A DNA stretch of 64,000 bases. It comes from Hyphochytrium catenoides. Its lineage: Eukaryota; Protista; Hyphochytriomycota. The position numbers and the translations under genes are program-made. The notes below the pieces were generated by a model, which was not told the origin of the DNA, searched no databases, and worked only from the letters and a program-made list of their open reading frames with translations. The stretch is taken from positions 397,741 to 461,740 of the forward strand of contig FLMG01000941.1 of NCBI GenBank assembly GCA_900088475.1, given 5' to 3'. How positions within the stretch are numbered: position 1 is the first letter of the stretch; each line of letters starts with the position of its first letter. Shown here piece after piece: positions 51,952-62,811 of the stretch.

Positions 51952-53660
51952 TACTCGTAGGACAGAAGTCAGCCTAATGACCCACCGACATAGTCCGACA
52001 GCGAACCGTTAACTGGAAACGCTAATCATGTCAAGGAGCCCTTAACTTTTCCATAAGCGCTTCCTGTCATCCGTCTCTCCATGTGTGCGAAGCCGCTCTC
52101 ATCTAATGTTTCCCATTAGCAGCACTTGGGTCTATACATCATCTCAGTTGGCAGGTAGGACATCCCGTAGATGGCAACGGTCAGTGAGCCAAAGGGAGGG
52201 AGGCATCTTCTCCCGTTGCTACTACAAAGATGCAAGCTTCCACTGAGAGAGTGCCGTCTTCCTAGTACTGAAGTGCCGTGAGAACAAATTCCATGAATGA
52301 AAGCCACTCCGCTAAGCCGTTAGTGAATTGAGGAGACCTATATTCAAATGATTATAATGTTCTGAGGACGGAGAGGCAGTTCCCGAGGATGGACTCCTTT
52401 ATTCGCCACGAACAGATCCTGACTGTTAGAGACACAGCGCCTGAGTGGCCCGACATGTTTGATACCGTCGCAGGCAACAACTGGGAAGAATGGTGGGGCG
52501 GCAATACGCTTAAGCTGCCTATCCTCCTACTCCACTTGTCCAAGAGAACTAAGAGGTTCAGACAGCCACCGCTTCCGTTATAGTTGGCCCAATATAGAGT
52601 TCCCTTCTTTGCACGTCAGCCACTAAGGGCAGCAGGATTATGCACTTCAGCAAAAAGGAGCTTTTCTTGAGAAGCAATGCAAGTTCTATGTGATTGCAGT
52701 GCTTCTGGTGGCAGTCGTTTAGACACCATGATTAATGTGGCCAGAAATAAGCGGTATTGGGAGTGTACATCTATAGGACATTGTCATGATGTGAGGGTTA
52801 TCTTCCCCTATAATAGTTTCTATGTCAGTCAACCTTTCAACGCCCCAGCACGGTAAGTGATGCGGCTAGTAGGGCAGGCAGTAGGACTAAGAGAATCTCT
52901 TCACCACCAGAGCGATTGAACCCATCGCTTTACTGCAAGAGTTTTTACCAAAGCACTGGCTGCTGAAGGAGCAAAGAGTCTGAAGAATATCATGTCTCTC
53001 TGCGGTTTTAGCTTTCCTTTCTTCGACAGGACGCAAAGAAGCTACTTCTTCCGCTCTCCCTTATTTTCTCCTTATTTGGACTCCAGCTACAACTGGTGCT
53101 TTTACCCTTCTACTTTTGCCCTTCTCACTGACAGAGAGTATTTTCATGCAATCTCATGATGATGAGTACGACTAATGAATGAACTTTATTGGCAACTTAT
53201 CACGCTCAATACTCCTCCGGGTCTGCTTTATCCTCTGCTGGACTAACGACGTTTTGTAACTGGCTATCGAGAGACTTCATTTGCACTGCGGAAGAGTCCC
53301 CATATGTGGAACAGGATGAGACATGTGTCTTCTGACATTAAAATTGTGAGTCGGCCTCCCTCCAGCAGGAAGATAGATGTATTGGTAGACCATGCCTTCT
53401 TTCCCAGCTGAACTACTCACAGCCATAGTGGCAACAAAGGCCTGAAAAAGAGACAAAGGGATTACGGAAAGCCAAACGAGACCGCAAATGGCTGCTAAGT
53501 AGCGTGGATACTTCAGCAACTATTACTGGTGGTGGAGTTAGATCACTCTTCTTCTCTCTTTCGCTTCTGTTTACCCCCCTTTCTTCTCTTTCCCGCGGGT
53601 GACCGGCCACCCTTGCCCTAAGGCATGGAAGCTTGCTTATCGCTGATGGAAGGACCAGGC

Positions 53661-53800
53661 TGTTGGAGTCTGAGGGCACAGATATGTGGAGTGTAAGCTG
53701 GCGAGCTTAGCTACCCAAGTTCCAAATCCAATTTCCCAGTAGAAGCCGAGATATGAAGCAAAAGATTGTCCGTGTTTGTATCTATGGCTTATGCTCAAGG
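53661..53800 (+). mobile_element. partial LTR, family A
   Basis: Starts tgttggagtctgagggcacag, homologous to the LTRs at 56814, 57116 and 58044. Confidence 0.75.
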
Positions 53801-54322
53801 TTAGTGCTAAATGCTCGTTGTCATCATCAGTATAAACTCTGTCCACACCTAGCTCTCAGTGAGGTAGACGTTACCGAAATAAAAATTTGTTATGGGTGAA
53901 GAGAGATGAGAGGAGACTTTCATGAACTTGTGAGGAGATATGAAGTCACAAAGAAAGATGCAGTAGTAGTCACGAGAAAGTATTGAGCTTGAAAGTGACA
54001 AAGGTAACACGAGTAAGAAGACCTCGTTAAGCGCGACAACAGCCTCTCTTCGATAAGAGTGTGTTCTTCAGAGATCAGAAAAGCGAAACTAAGAATCTCC
54101 CCTCCTTATACTTAAAACATGCAGGGGGAAGAAGAACAAGTCTTTCCTAACACAAAGTTCTACCCTAAAAACGCGTCCTGTAGAGGAGACAAGCAAAAGG
54201 AGACCAAAGACGGAGCATAGAGGGACGGGGGACAGGAGAGAACCCGTCCTCTCCTGAAAGCTTCTAATGCACTATGACTGCTGACTTAATATATTTTGAA
54301 CTTTGGGTTATTATATATGGGA

Positions 54323-55330
54323 TGTTGAAGACACTGCTATTTAGGTCAGTGGACTACTAATATGGTCAGATTGAGTATGGAGAGCTTATGGGACCCTCTT
54401 TTCCTAGTTATGATCTTGTCTCATTGCTCTAGTTAGTACTGTGTCTTGTATTATCTACATGACCCAGTAATTATTTTCTCCCTTCCTATAATGACTTACT
54501 TACTGTGACAATAGCCTACTTGCTATAACAACTCTGAAACACTTTTTTGTGTGTCTTCTTCTTGCTGAAAGGTAGTGTCTCGAACTGAGAGCTTGACAGC
54601 TTCGGCTCTCAACAACCTCACCGCGGGTCCAGACTCCTCAAGTGTCCGTCTGCCTCCGCCTTGTCCTCCCCGGAAGGTAGACTTTGTATTATTGCATGCG
54701 CAACTGGATGAAACAATTCCGAGTTGGAGAGGAAGGTTCTCGGTACTGAGGTGCTGGTAACGCCTTTGTGAGAACATGTCGGCACGCAGTCATCTTCTTG
54801 GTTGTTGGACAGAGTTGCAAATCCAAGACTTTGCGATCACCTGATCCCTAACCACAGAGTGCTTGACATCAATATATTTCGATTTTGGTCTCGGCGTCTC
54901 GCAGATTGTTATTGTGCTCTTGTTATCTTGATGCGCGAGGATGGGTCTACTCAGTGGCCACTGAAGCTCCTGTAAGAAATAGGAGATGTGTTCTGCATGT
55001 TTGGCTTCGGTCCAAAGTGCGATCGATACACACTGCTTCAGTGATTAAGGAAGCCACTATGTCTTGCTTCTTGGCCTTCCAACTGAAAGCACCGGTCCCT
55101 AGAAGAAGAGTAAGAAAGCAGCCAGAGGTGGATTATCTGTCGTGAAGATCATTCGCCCAATCTGCATCTGCGAAGAAGAGTTGTAGGGTGCTGAACTCTG
55201 ATTGTTCTCTGGGGTTGATGTTCCTTCTAAACATAAGAAGTAATCGCAGTTCCTTTCAGATATCTCGGTATTCGATATATAGTTCGTCATATGCTGGCTA
55301 ATCGATTGTACCAGGCCTGTGCGTTTTCGC
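54323..55330 (-). mobile_element. decayed Ty1/copia 3' end: RT-end/RNase H fragment, PPT and LTR (family B, 54323-54614)
   Basis: Minus-strand ADADWAND, WKAKKQ..VA and ADMFSQ-like remnants. LTR bounded by TGTTG...CAACA. Inverted homologue of 58920-59580. Confidence 0.75.
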
Positions 55331-55637
55331 AGACAGAGCACCACTAGGAGCCCGTTACGCATGGGGATGGACGGAGTTGTGCTTACAAAGTGCTGACAAA
55401 TCCCTTACTACAAACGGGTAATATCGGAAGCTATTTTGGGGTCTTCTCGGCTCCCCAACACAGTGTCACCACACTTCGTTGATACTTTCAGTGAACCTCC
55501 AGGAACAGTGGTCGCGCGCTGTTTTAAATCTCTGCCCCACAACCCGCAGTCTCTTCAGTTTATCCACCCCGCGTAGGGTAAAAAAGGTCGCCCTTTCCGC
55601 AGCGACAGGAGCTCATCATCAGAGGAGACAAGTGGAA

Positions 55638-55850
55638 CTAGTTTGTTGATCTTCTTGGATCATTCTTCTTCCAGTTCTTCTTGCTCGTCTCTGTGAAATC
55701 CTTACAGCAGGTGAGCGGGTCTCTGGCCTCAGTCAGCAGTATCTGACTCTCATCCTCGATGTGGACGAGCAAATCTATCCCATCCAGGTAACTTCGTACC
55801 CGGCTTGACCAAATAGTAGGATACTGGTCCTTGCTGCGTATACAGCGATG
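55638..55850 (-). mobile_element. copia Gag N-terminal remnant
   Basis: YPTIWSSRVRSYLDGIDLLVHIE...WKKND resembles copia Gag N-termini. Confidence 0.5.
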
Positions 55851-56129
55851 TTGTTCGAATGAACTCCTCCTTCCTTTGATGCTCCCGCGCTCAGTTGAGC
55901 AGAGAAGCAGCAGTGACCTACAGCGAGTGTGGGGCCAACATAACCTGATAAATTTTAGCAGAGGTAGATAGTTGTTGATGATGTCTGAAGCTCTCTCTAG
56001 ATGAACATATAACAAAGGGACTTGATGATGGTAATTAATCTGCCAATTGACTGAATGATTTCTATTCCTTAAAAGAAAGAAGAGGTCAGGGAATTCTCCT
56101 CACATCTCTCTTCAAGGGGTCCGGGGAGG

Positions 56130-56300
56130 GTGGCAAGACGACCATTGTGTCGTCTTTCGTAGATGACCGGCTAATTTTTGCCCCTAGCACTGACCGTGCA
56201 AATCAAGTTGAAGGCCTTCTCAAGAGCAGATTTGCTGTGAAGGACTTAGGAGAAATCCAACACTCCCTCCCTGGGAGTTGAGGTTAGTCGGGATTGAAAG
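56130..56300 (+). mobile_element. copia reverse transcriptase fragment
   Basis: SFVDDRLIFA...LLKSRFAVKDLGEI. Confidence 0.75.
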
Positions 56301-56314
56301 AATCGGAAGAAGAT

Positions 56315-56800
56315 ATTGATGAATGGGGTTCGGAGACATATATATATATATGAGTTCCTGCTCGGGTTATAAGCCCGAAAGGGGTAGTCTCTAGATTATG
56401 GGACCCTCTTGGATATAGGACCCTGAATACTACTGAGATGTATTCCTAATAGAGAGTACCTGTTCTATCCTAATAAGCCATAGATAGCATTAGAGTCCAC
56501 TTCTTCCTTCCTCTCCGCTTCTACTTGGAGTTTGGGACTGTAACTTGGACAGTTGGCCTGGTACATCTTAGTCTTAATAAATTAAGACTCAGATAGTCCA
56601 TACTTCAACACCTCCCCGCAGCTCTAAGTGTCCGTAGGTAGAGAGATTGAGGGGTTCGATTCTGAGAGAGAAGATGATCATATGGTGGGTATGTTGGGCA
56701 CTATTCCTAGCTGAGGGAGTAAAGCTTGGAACAGTGGAATCGGTAGTGCCTTGGTGAGCTATCAGCGGTCATGTCCTTAAATGGACAGTAGTGATCCTTA
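56315..56800 (-). mobile_element. copia RNase H end, PPT and LTR (LTR ~56315-56610) on the minus strand
   Basis: MTAD..LTKALP remnant, then gagctgcggggagg|tgttgaag. The LTR shares motifs with family A (agtagaagc.gaga, tatctatggctta). Confidence 0.7.
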
Positions 56801-56813
56801 GGACATAGCGGTA

Positions 56814-57437
56814 TGTTTGGAGTCTGAGGGCATAGCTAAGTGGACTACAAGCTGGCAAGCTTGACTACCCAAGTTTCAGCTCCAACTCCCAATAGAAGCC
56901 GAGATATGAAGCAAACGAAATGTCCCTGTTTATATCTATGGCTTATGGTCAGTACCCTGGAATATCTTCAAGACTGACTGTTGTAGACAGGGATTTCTCT
57001 ATACCTGAATATCTTAGGGTTTATGAGACATAGTCGGCATAGTCAGAATAGCTCTAGATTATGTTGAGAGTTCAGCTTCGACCCTTCACAATAGGGAGAT
57101 CGAGCTGCGGGGAGGTGTTGGAGTCTGAGGGCACAGCTATGTGGACTACAAGCTGGCAAGCTTGACTACCCAAGTTTCAGCTCTATCTCCTAGTAGAAGC
57201 CGAGATAGGAAGCAAACGAAATGTCCCTCTTTATATCTATGGCTTATGGTCAGTACCCCGGAATACCTTCAGGACTGACTGTCTAGACAGGGATTTCTCT
57301 ATGACTGAATATCTTAGGGTTTATTAGGAATAGTTGGCATAGTCAGAATAGTTCTAGATCATGAGACCCCAGTTGGGCTTACAAGTAGAGCACTCTCATC
57401 TCAATACAGTGTCCAATCATCCCCTACAAATCCAACA
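56814..57437 (+). mobile_element. two adjacent family-A LTRs: truncated 56814-57061; extended copy 57062-57437 with an internal PPT before 57116
   Basis: Near-identical ~250-320 bp repeats with TGTTGG...TCCAACA termini. Confidence 0.85.
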
Positions 57438-57489
57438 AGATCATCATTCTGTCTGTCGACGACTTACTTTTGATAGAAGAGTCGACAGA

Positions 57490-58043
57490 TCGTGACAGGA
57501 CAGCAAAGACCATAACCCTGTCATAGCCAAAGTACATCAGTAGTATTCTATTAGAGACCAACATGGGTGACTGCCATCCAATCCGTTGCCGGTGACCCCG
57601 AAGTCATACCTGCCGAAGGGACGAAACATTCCAGTTGCCCCGGAGACTCGAGAGCTTCTGAGCCAGATACCATACCGGGAGGCCGTAGGGTGGGTGTCTT
57701 ATGTACCTTATGGTCACCACCCGGCCCGACATTTGTTATGCGGTACAGTCCTTAAGCCAGCACGTCAACGCCAAGAGTCGTGCACTGGGAAGATGTAAAG
57801 CGGATTTTCAGGTACTTGAAGGGCACAGTGGACCTAGGTTTGACTCTTGGGGGAAAGAGTATGCCATGCCTGAAAGCGTTTGCGGATGCCGACTAAGCCA
57901 ATGACCCTTGGGATCGGAAGTCCATTCCAGGGTACTACTTCACGTTGGGTGAAGGCGCCTTCGTATGGAAGTCGCTGAAGCAGCACCTCACAGCTTCTTC
58001 TTCGACGGAGGCGGAATGCATCTCTCTTTGGGCGGCCACCGAG
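57490..58043 (+). mobile_element. decayed copia RT C-terminus and RNase H
   Basis: QIPYREAVG, YLMVTTRPDICYAVQSLSQH, ADAD*AND..DRKS, WKSLKQHLTASSSTEAE. Confidence 0.85.
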
Positions 58044-58384
58044 TATTGGAGTCTGAGGGCACAGCTATTATGTGGACTACAAGCTGGCAAGCTTAACTAC
58101 CCATTTCAGCTCTAAACTCCCAGTAGAAGCCGAGATATGAAGCAAACGAAATGTCCCTCTTTATATCTATGGCTTATGGTCAGTACCCCGGAATACCTTC
58201 AGGACTGACTATTCTAGACAGGGATATCTCTATAGCTCCATATCTTAGGGTTTATTTGGAATAGTTGGCATAGTCAGAATAGCTCTAGATTATGGGACCC
58301 CAGTTGGGCTTATAAGTAGAGCACTCTCATCTAATGACACTGTCCAATCATCCCATATAATCCAACAGGTTATGGTCCCACGCG
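58044..58384 (+). mobile_element. family-A 5' LTR (58044-58367) followed by a half-tRNA-iMet-type PBS (GGTTATGGTCCCA)
   Basis: ...TCCAACA|GGTTATGGTCCC resembles the Drosophila copia/Hemivirus PBS GGTTATGGGCCC. Confidence 0.8.
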
Positions 58385-58399
58385 TCTTCCAGGACTCGG

Positions 58400-58845
58400 A
58401 AACTTGTTCTGGGGCAAGATGTTTGTCGGGCCCTTTCCGATAAAACGGGTGATTTCGGCTACTGCATACCGTCTAACCGTACCGGTTACGTACAAACAGT
58501 CACACCCTGTCTTTTATGTTTCGCATTTGCAGGAACATCATTCTCCTATGGAGTCACAGGCAAAACACGATAGGCCTCCGCCAGACATAGTCGATGGACA
58601 ATGAGGACGACGTCGAGGTAGAAGCTATACTAGATACACGTTGTTCAGAGGACGTCGTCAATACCTGCTTAAGTGGAAGGGTTACCCGGATCACGATGCT
58701 TTTTGGGAACCAGAGGCTATGGCTACTCATGCGGACGATCTTCTCACAGAGTTTCGACAAAACGGAGAACAATCCCTTCCTCCTGCTGTTTCCCGCCGAT
58801 CCAGAAGAGAACGTGGGAAGCTTACTTAAAAGGGTAGAGAGGTAA
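58400..58845 (+). mobile_element. Ty3/gypsy chromovirus remnant: integrase GPY/F region, chromodomain and PPT
   Basis: FVGPFPIKRVISATAYRL..P....HPVFYVSHL; VEVEAILD..; RGRRQYLLKWKGYPDHDAFWEPE; purine tract aaaagggtagagagg. Confidence 0.85.
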
Positions 58846-58919
58846 GGAGAAACCTCCTCCTTACGCAAGCACGGTGTCCTCTAAGACTCTCATTGATGAT
58901 TAATGCTAGATTTTCTTCC

Positions 58920-59580
58920 TCGTCCATCACACTCGATTCCCTTACAGAAGCAGAGTGTATCTCACTTTGGACCGGAGCCAAACATGCAGAAAAACAAACA
59001 CATCTCTTATTTCTTACAGGAGCTTCAGTGTTGCAGACCCCTCCTCGCACATCAAGATAACATGAGCACAACAATAACAGTCTGCGAGATGCCCAGACAA
59101 AAACGAAATGTTTTATGTCAAGCACTGTGTAGTTAGGGATCAGGTCAATCGCAAAGTCTTGGAAATGCAACACTGTCCACCAAGAAGATGACTACCGACA
59201 TTCTTACGAAGGGGTTACCAGCACCTCAGTTCCGAGAACTTCTTCCTCCAGAACTCGGGATTGTCCTCTCCACTTGCTTGCGTAAGACAAGTCTACCTTC
59301 CGGGAAGGGCAAGGCGGAGGCCGATGGACACCTGACAAGTCTGGACCTGCGGGAGGTGGTGAGAGCTGAAGCTGACAAAGCTTTGAAAATAGCTCTCATT
59401 TCCAGACTCTATCTTATAAGAAGGAGAAGACACAAAACAAAGTGTTTCAGGGTTCTAGTAATAACTAGGCTTTTATCACAAGGCAAGTCATCATGGGACG
59501 TGAAGAGACAGTAACTGGGTCATGTAGATTTGACAAGACACAGTTACTGTTACAACAAGACCCAGTTACTGATTAGAACA
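58920..59580 (+). mobile_element. decayed copia RNase H, PPT and family-B LTR
   Basis: TEAECISLW, VKHCVVRDQV, MTTDILTKGLPAPQF, then cctgcgggagg|tggtgagagctgaagctgac. Confidence 0.8.
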
Positions 59581-59779
59581 ACCTAGATCTTAGATGTTAA
59601 CTTGGGGTATTTGGGAAATTGCAAAGTGAGGTCGGAATGAAGTGGGGGCCGGACCAGAGGAGGCGCCTTACTGGCATCCGAGGACTTGGATGCCTCACAG
59701 CCACTCATTTAGATGGTGGTCTATCGGCATACAGAATACTAGCAGCTAACTGTGCTAACTTGTAATGGCGATATCTCAG

Positions 59780-60615
59780 GAACTAGAAAGAGTTAGAAGC
59801 TGAGATTTGGATAGTATAATGACCGTCATCTATACTACCGGATCCTCATCCAATAGATTGAACCGGTTAACCTACAGACAGCATACAACAGAACCGTTCA
59901 AGCAGTAGGCGGAGGAGGAGCCGTCCGCCTACATCTTCACGACTCATCCAAAACCTTCATTCTCGAGAATGTCCTTCACGCACCTGGCTTTAAGAAGCAT
60001 CTTCTCTCAATTGGACAAGAACTTAAAAAGGGATATCATGTACTTTTCACAGAAGACGGTGGCGTCTACTACCTAGATCAAAAGAACGTACCACATCTAG
60101 CTACAAGCCAAGATGCAATATCTCTCGGCACACGAGTCGGTACGTTGTTCTACTCAAAGGAACAAGTCCGAAGACCTCAATAATAGGTACACACCACGTC
60201 GGGAACAAGCTGGATGAGCCACCAATACACAACCCCAACCAAAGTCAGTTACCATTTGGCATCGCCGCCTGGGGCAGCACCTCAACATTCCAGACCTCAG
60301 GAAACTAGCCAAAGTTGCTGAAGGCATTCAGATCAACCATGAGGACGCTCAGCTCCGTATGCATCTAGGCAAACTCACACGCCGTAAGTTCCCCCAAAAA
60401 AGCGACTCGCAGAGCTTCAAGAACCCTGCAGGAGCTAGTTCACTCCGATGTGGGAGTTATCAATACCCTTAGCCTAGGAGGACCCCGCTATTACGTTGTC
60501 TTGGTAGATGATCACACCCGGCGGACATTTCTCTACCTGATGAAATCCAAAGATGAAGTAATTACTCACCTGGACACGTTTGTGCGACTAGCGAACGACA
60601 AACTGGATGCACAAT
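59780..60615 (+). mobile_element. decayed copia protease / GAG-pre-integrase / integrase core
   Basis: LENVLHAPGFKKHLLSIGQ, WHRRLG.HL, ELVHSDV...SLGGPRYYVVLVDDHTRRTFLYLMKSKDEV. Confidence 0.85.
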
Positions 60616-60857
60616 GATGAATTTTACAGAGATGGGTGGCAATGCCTGAAGCTTCTGTATCAGCACAATCTAGATGGAACGATAACAAAGGGACTTGGTA
60701 TTGATGTGTGATGGAGATTCTTCTGAATGATCACTCAGTCCGGAGAGCCTGGTCTGGACTCGAGATCTTTTGCTCGGCCCAGCTTCCCTCATCATCTCTC
60801 TCTCCTCTGCTGCTCCTGTGTTCTTCTGGAAATTCTTCTCACATCCCTCTTTCCCAT

Positions 60858-61290
60858 AACACAGGTGTACCCGTAACGTCTATGTCCCTGAGAGCTAGGT
60901 GTGTATAGAGAGTGACTACTGTACTACTGACAACGAACATAGTAGCACTCAACCAATCCCCCTCATACCTAGCTTCTCTGGATCATCAGTGGTGAGGGAC
61001 CAATTAATTCATCTAATTGTCGGTCTCACTCACTCTCTCCCCCTCAGACGAAGCTAGGTGGGTAGTAGTGGCAAGAGTACTGACACTAGGAGGGAGCACT
61101 CCAAGGTGAGGACGCAGTGTCCGAAAGAGAGGAGCAGGTAAAGGCTTGGTGAGGCAATCGGCTACCAAAGCTGTAGAGGGAGTATAGACCAGCATAATTT
61201 TCCCATTGGCGACCTTCTCTTCTTGCAGGACACAGTGCTTGACATCTAGATTCTTTGACTTTGGTCGTGAAGAGGAGCAGAGGACAATTG
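60858..61290 (-). mobile_element. LTR end plus minus-strand copia RNase H fragment; duplicated at 63567-63993
   Basis: KSKNLDVKHCVLQE...YTPSTALVADCLTKPLP; a near-identical second copy lies at the window end. Confidence 0.85.
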
Positions 61291-62635
61291 GATGGGCAGC
61301 TGGTTGGAGAAGCCAAGCTCGCCAAGGAACACACTGAAGTGCTCTGCGACCTGGCTTGCGGACCAAAGAGAGACGCACTCCACTTCCGCCACGTTCACTG
61401 GGAGGCTGTCAAACGTATCTTCACCTACCTGAAGGCCACCAAGAAGACTACTCCTTGTGTCTAGGGGGAGATACCCCTATTCAACTCTCTGTCCAGGCTG
61501 ATGCTGATTGGGCTAGTGACCCAGCTGACCATAAAATTCGAAGCGATCGAGGAAGGGAATACTTCTCAGAAGCCATGAAGGAGTACTGTAAAACACACAC
61601 GTGGAATAGTACATGAACTCACAGCCTAAAGAGCGCAGTTTTGTGGAATCTGCTCGCAGGATGCTCCACGTTGCAAAACTTCCCTTATCGTTTTGGGGAG
61701 AAGCCCTTAATTCCAGCAGCTCACCTTGGAAACATGTACCCCACCACCTCAGCACTTAACAAAGACAACACACCCTATAAAATGTGGGAGGGTAAAAAAC
61801 CTGACTTGAGTCATCTGCGTGTCTTCGGTTGTCAAGCTTATGGTCTCATCCCTGACCAGGAACGGACCAGAAGGATGCTAAGGCTAAGTACTATGTCTTT
61901 GCGGGTTATGCAGTTCATTGTTTAAATTTAAAGCATATAGCTTATATGGTCCAGAGACAACAAAGAGATCATTGAAAGCGTGATGTCACCATCAACGAGA
62001 ACCAGAACAGATACATCGAAACATCACTTCCACCCGAGGATGTTGACACATTCTCTTAGGTACTAAATGAGGCCCACGACGCGACTCCAGCTCCAGTAGT
62101 AGAGATCCAAAAACCCAGCTAATAAATGAGTCCCGGCATCGAAGTAACAATTGACATATCTGATCCAGCCAACCTTGACAACACCGAGGGTGAGAGGTTT
62201 CGATGTACGGAAGACGACACTGAAGTTGAAGAAGAGATCCTACCTCCACGAAATGCGTTTCATACACTCTCGTCCACTAGCGAGAAATCTACACTGGATA
62301 CACTACCCCGGCCCTCGTAGAATTCAATCCAAGGTAGATTAGGCCGCCAAGTGTTAATCCCCGGAGGAGAACGCTCTCACTCTCCACCTATTGCCATTCA
62401 ACCTTCTCGTATCCCACTGCTACGAAACCGCCTACAACAGGAAGATTCCATCTCTCGTGCGGTAAACAACACTGAGACAACATTTGACCCGCGAACCATC
62501 ACAGACGCACTAAGTGGACTTCACACCGAAGAATGGAACACTGCTATAGCTGTTGAATGTTCACCTTCGACCTTTTATAATAGGGAGTTTGAGCTGGGGG
62601 GAGGTGTTGAAGTCTGAGGGGGAGATTAGTCAAGA

Positions 62636-62716
62636 GTACGTTTGGTGTATGGTGCATACTGGTTAGGGTGTCGGCATCAAAGACAGAGGTCCTGGGTTCG
62701 AATCCCGGAGCGTACA
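62636..62716 (+). ncRNA. tRNA-like Pol III gene inside the LTR (intact acceptor stem and T arm, aberrant anticodon arm)
   Basis: Acceptor stem GTACGTT/AGCGTAC plus discriminator A; A-box-like TGGTGTATGGT; variable loop AGGTC; T arm CTGGG-TTCGAAT-CCCGG (B box GGTTCGAATCC); TTTT at 62721-62724. Confidence 0.75.
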
Positions 62717-62792
62717 AAACTTTTCTCCGGTATATGTAGACACCCCCCAATATTAATTCAAAGTGCTCACCATCCAATGATAAAATCTAACA

Positions 62793-62811
62793 TGGTGTAC
62801 GCTCCGGGATT
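62793..62811 (+). promoter_or_regulatory. primer-binding site complementary to the 3' end (+CCA) of the adjacent tRNA-like RNA
   Basis: TGGTGTACGCTCCGGGATT is the reverse complement of AATCCCGGAGCGTACA (62701-62716) + CCA and lies immediately after ...AACA. Confidence 0.8.

Noticed and set aside
62636-62716. Functional translational tRNA-Pro(AGG) with an intron
   Set aside because: TTAGGG resembles a Pro anticodon loop, but no register gives both a good anticodon stem and U33, and the D loop is shortened. Reported as tRNA-like instead.
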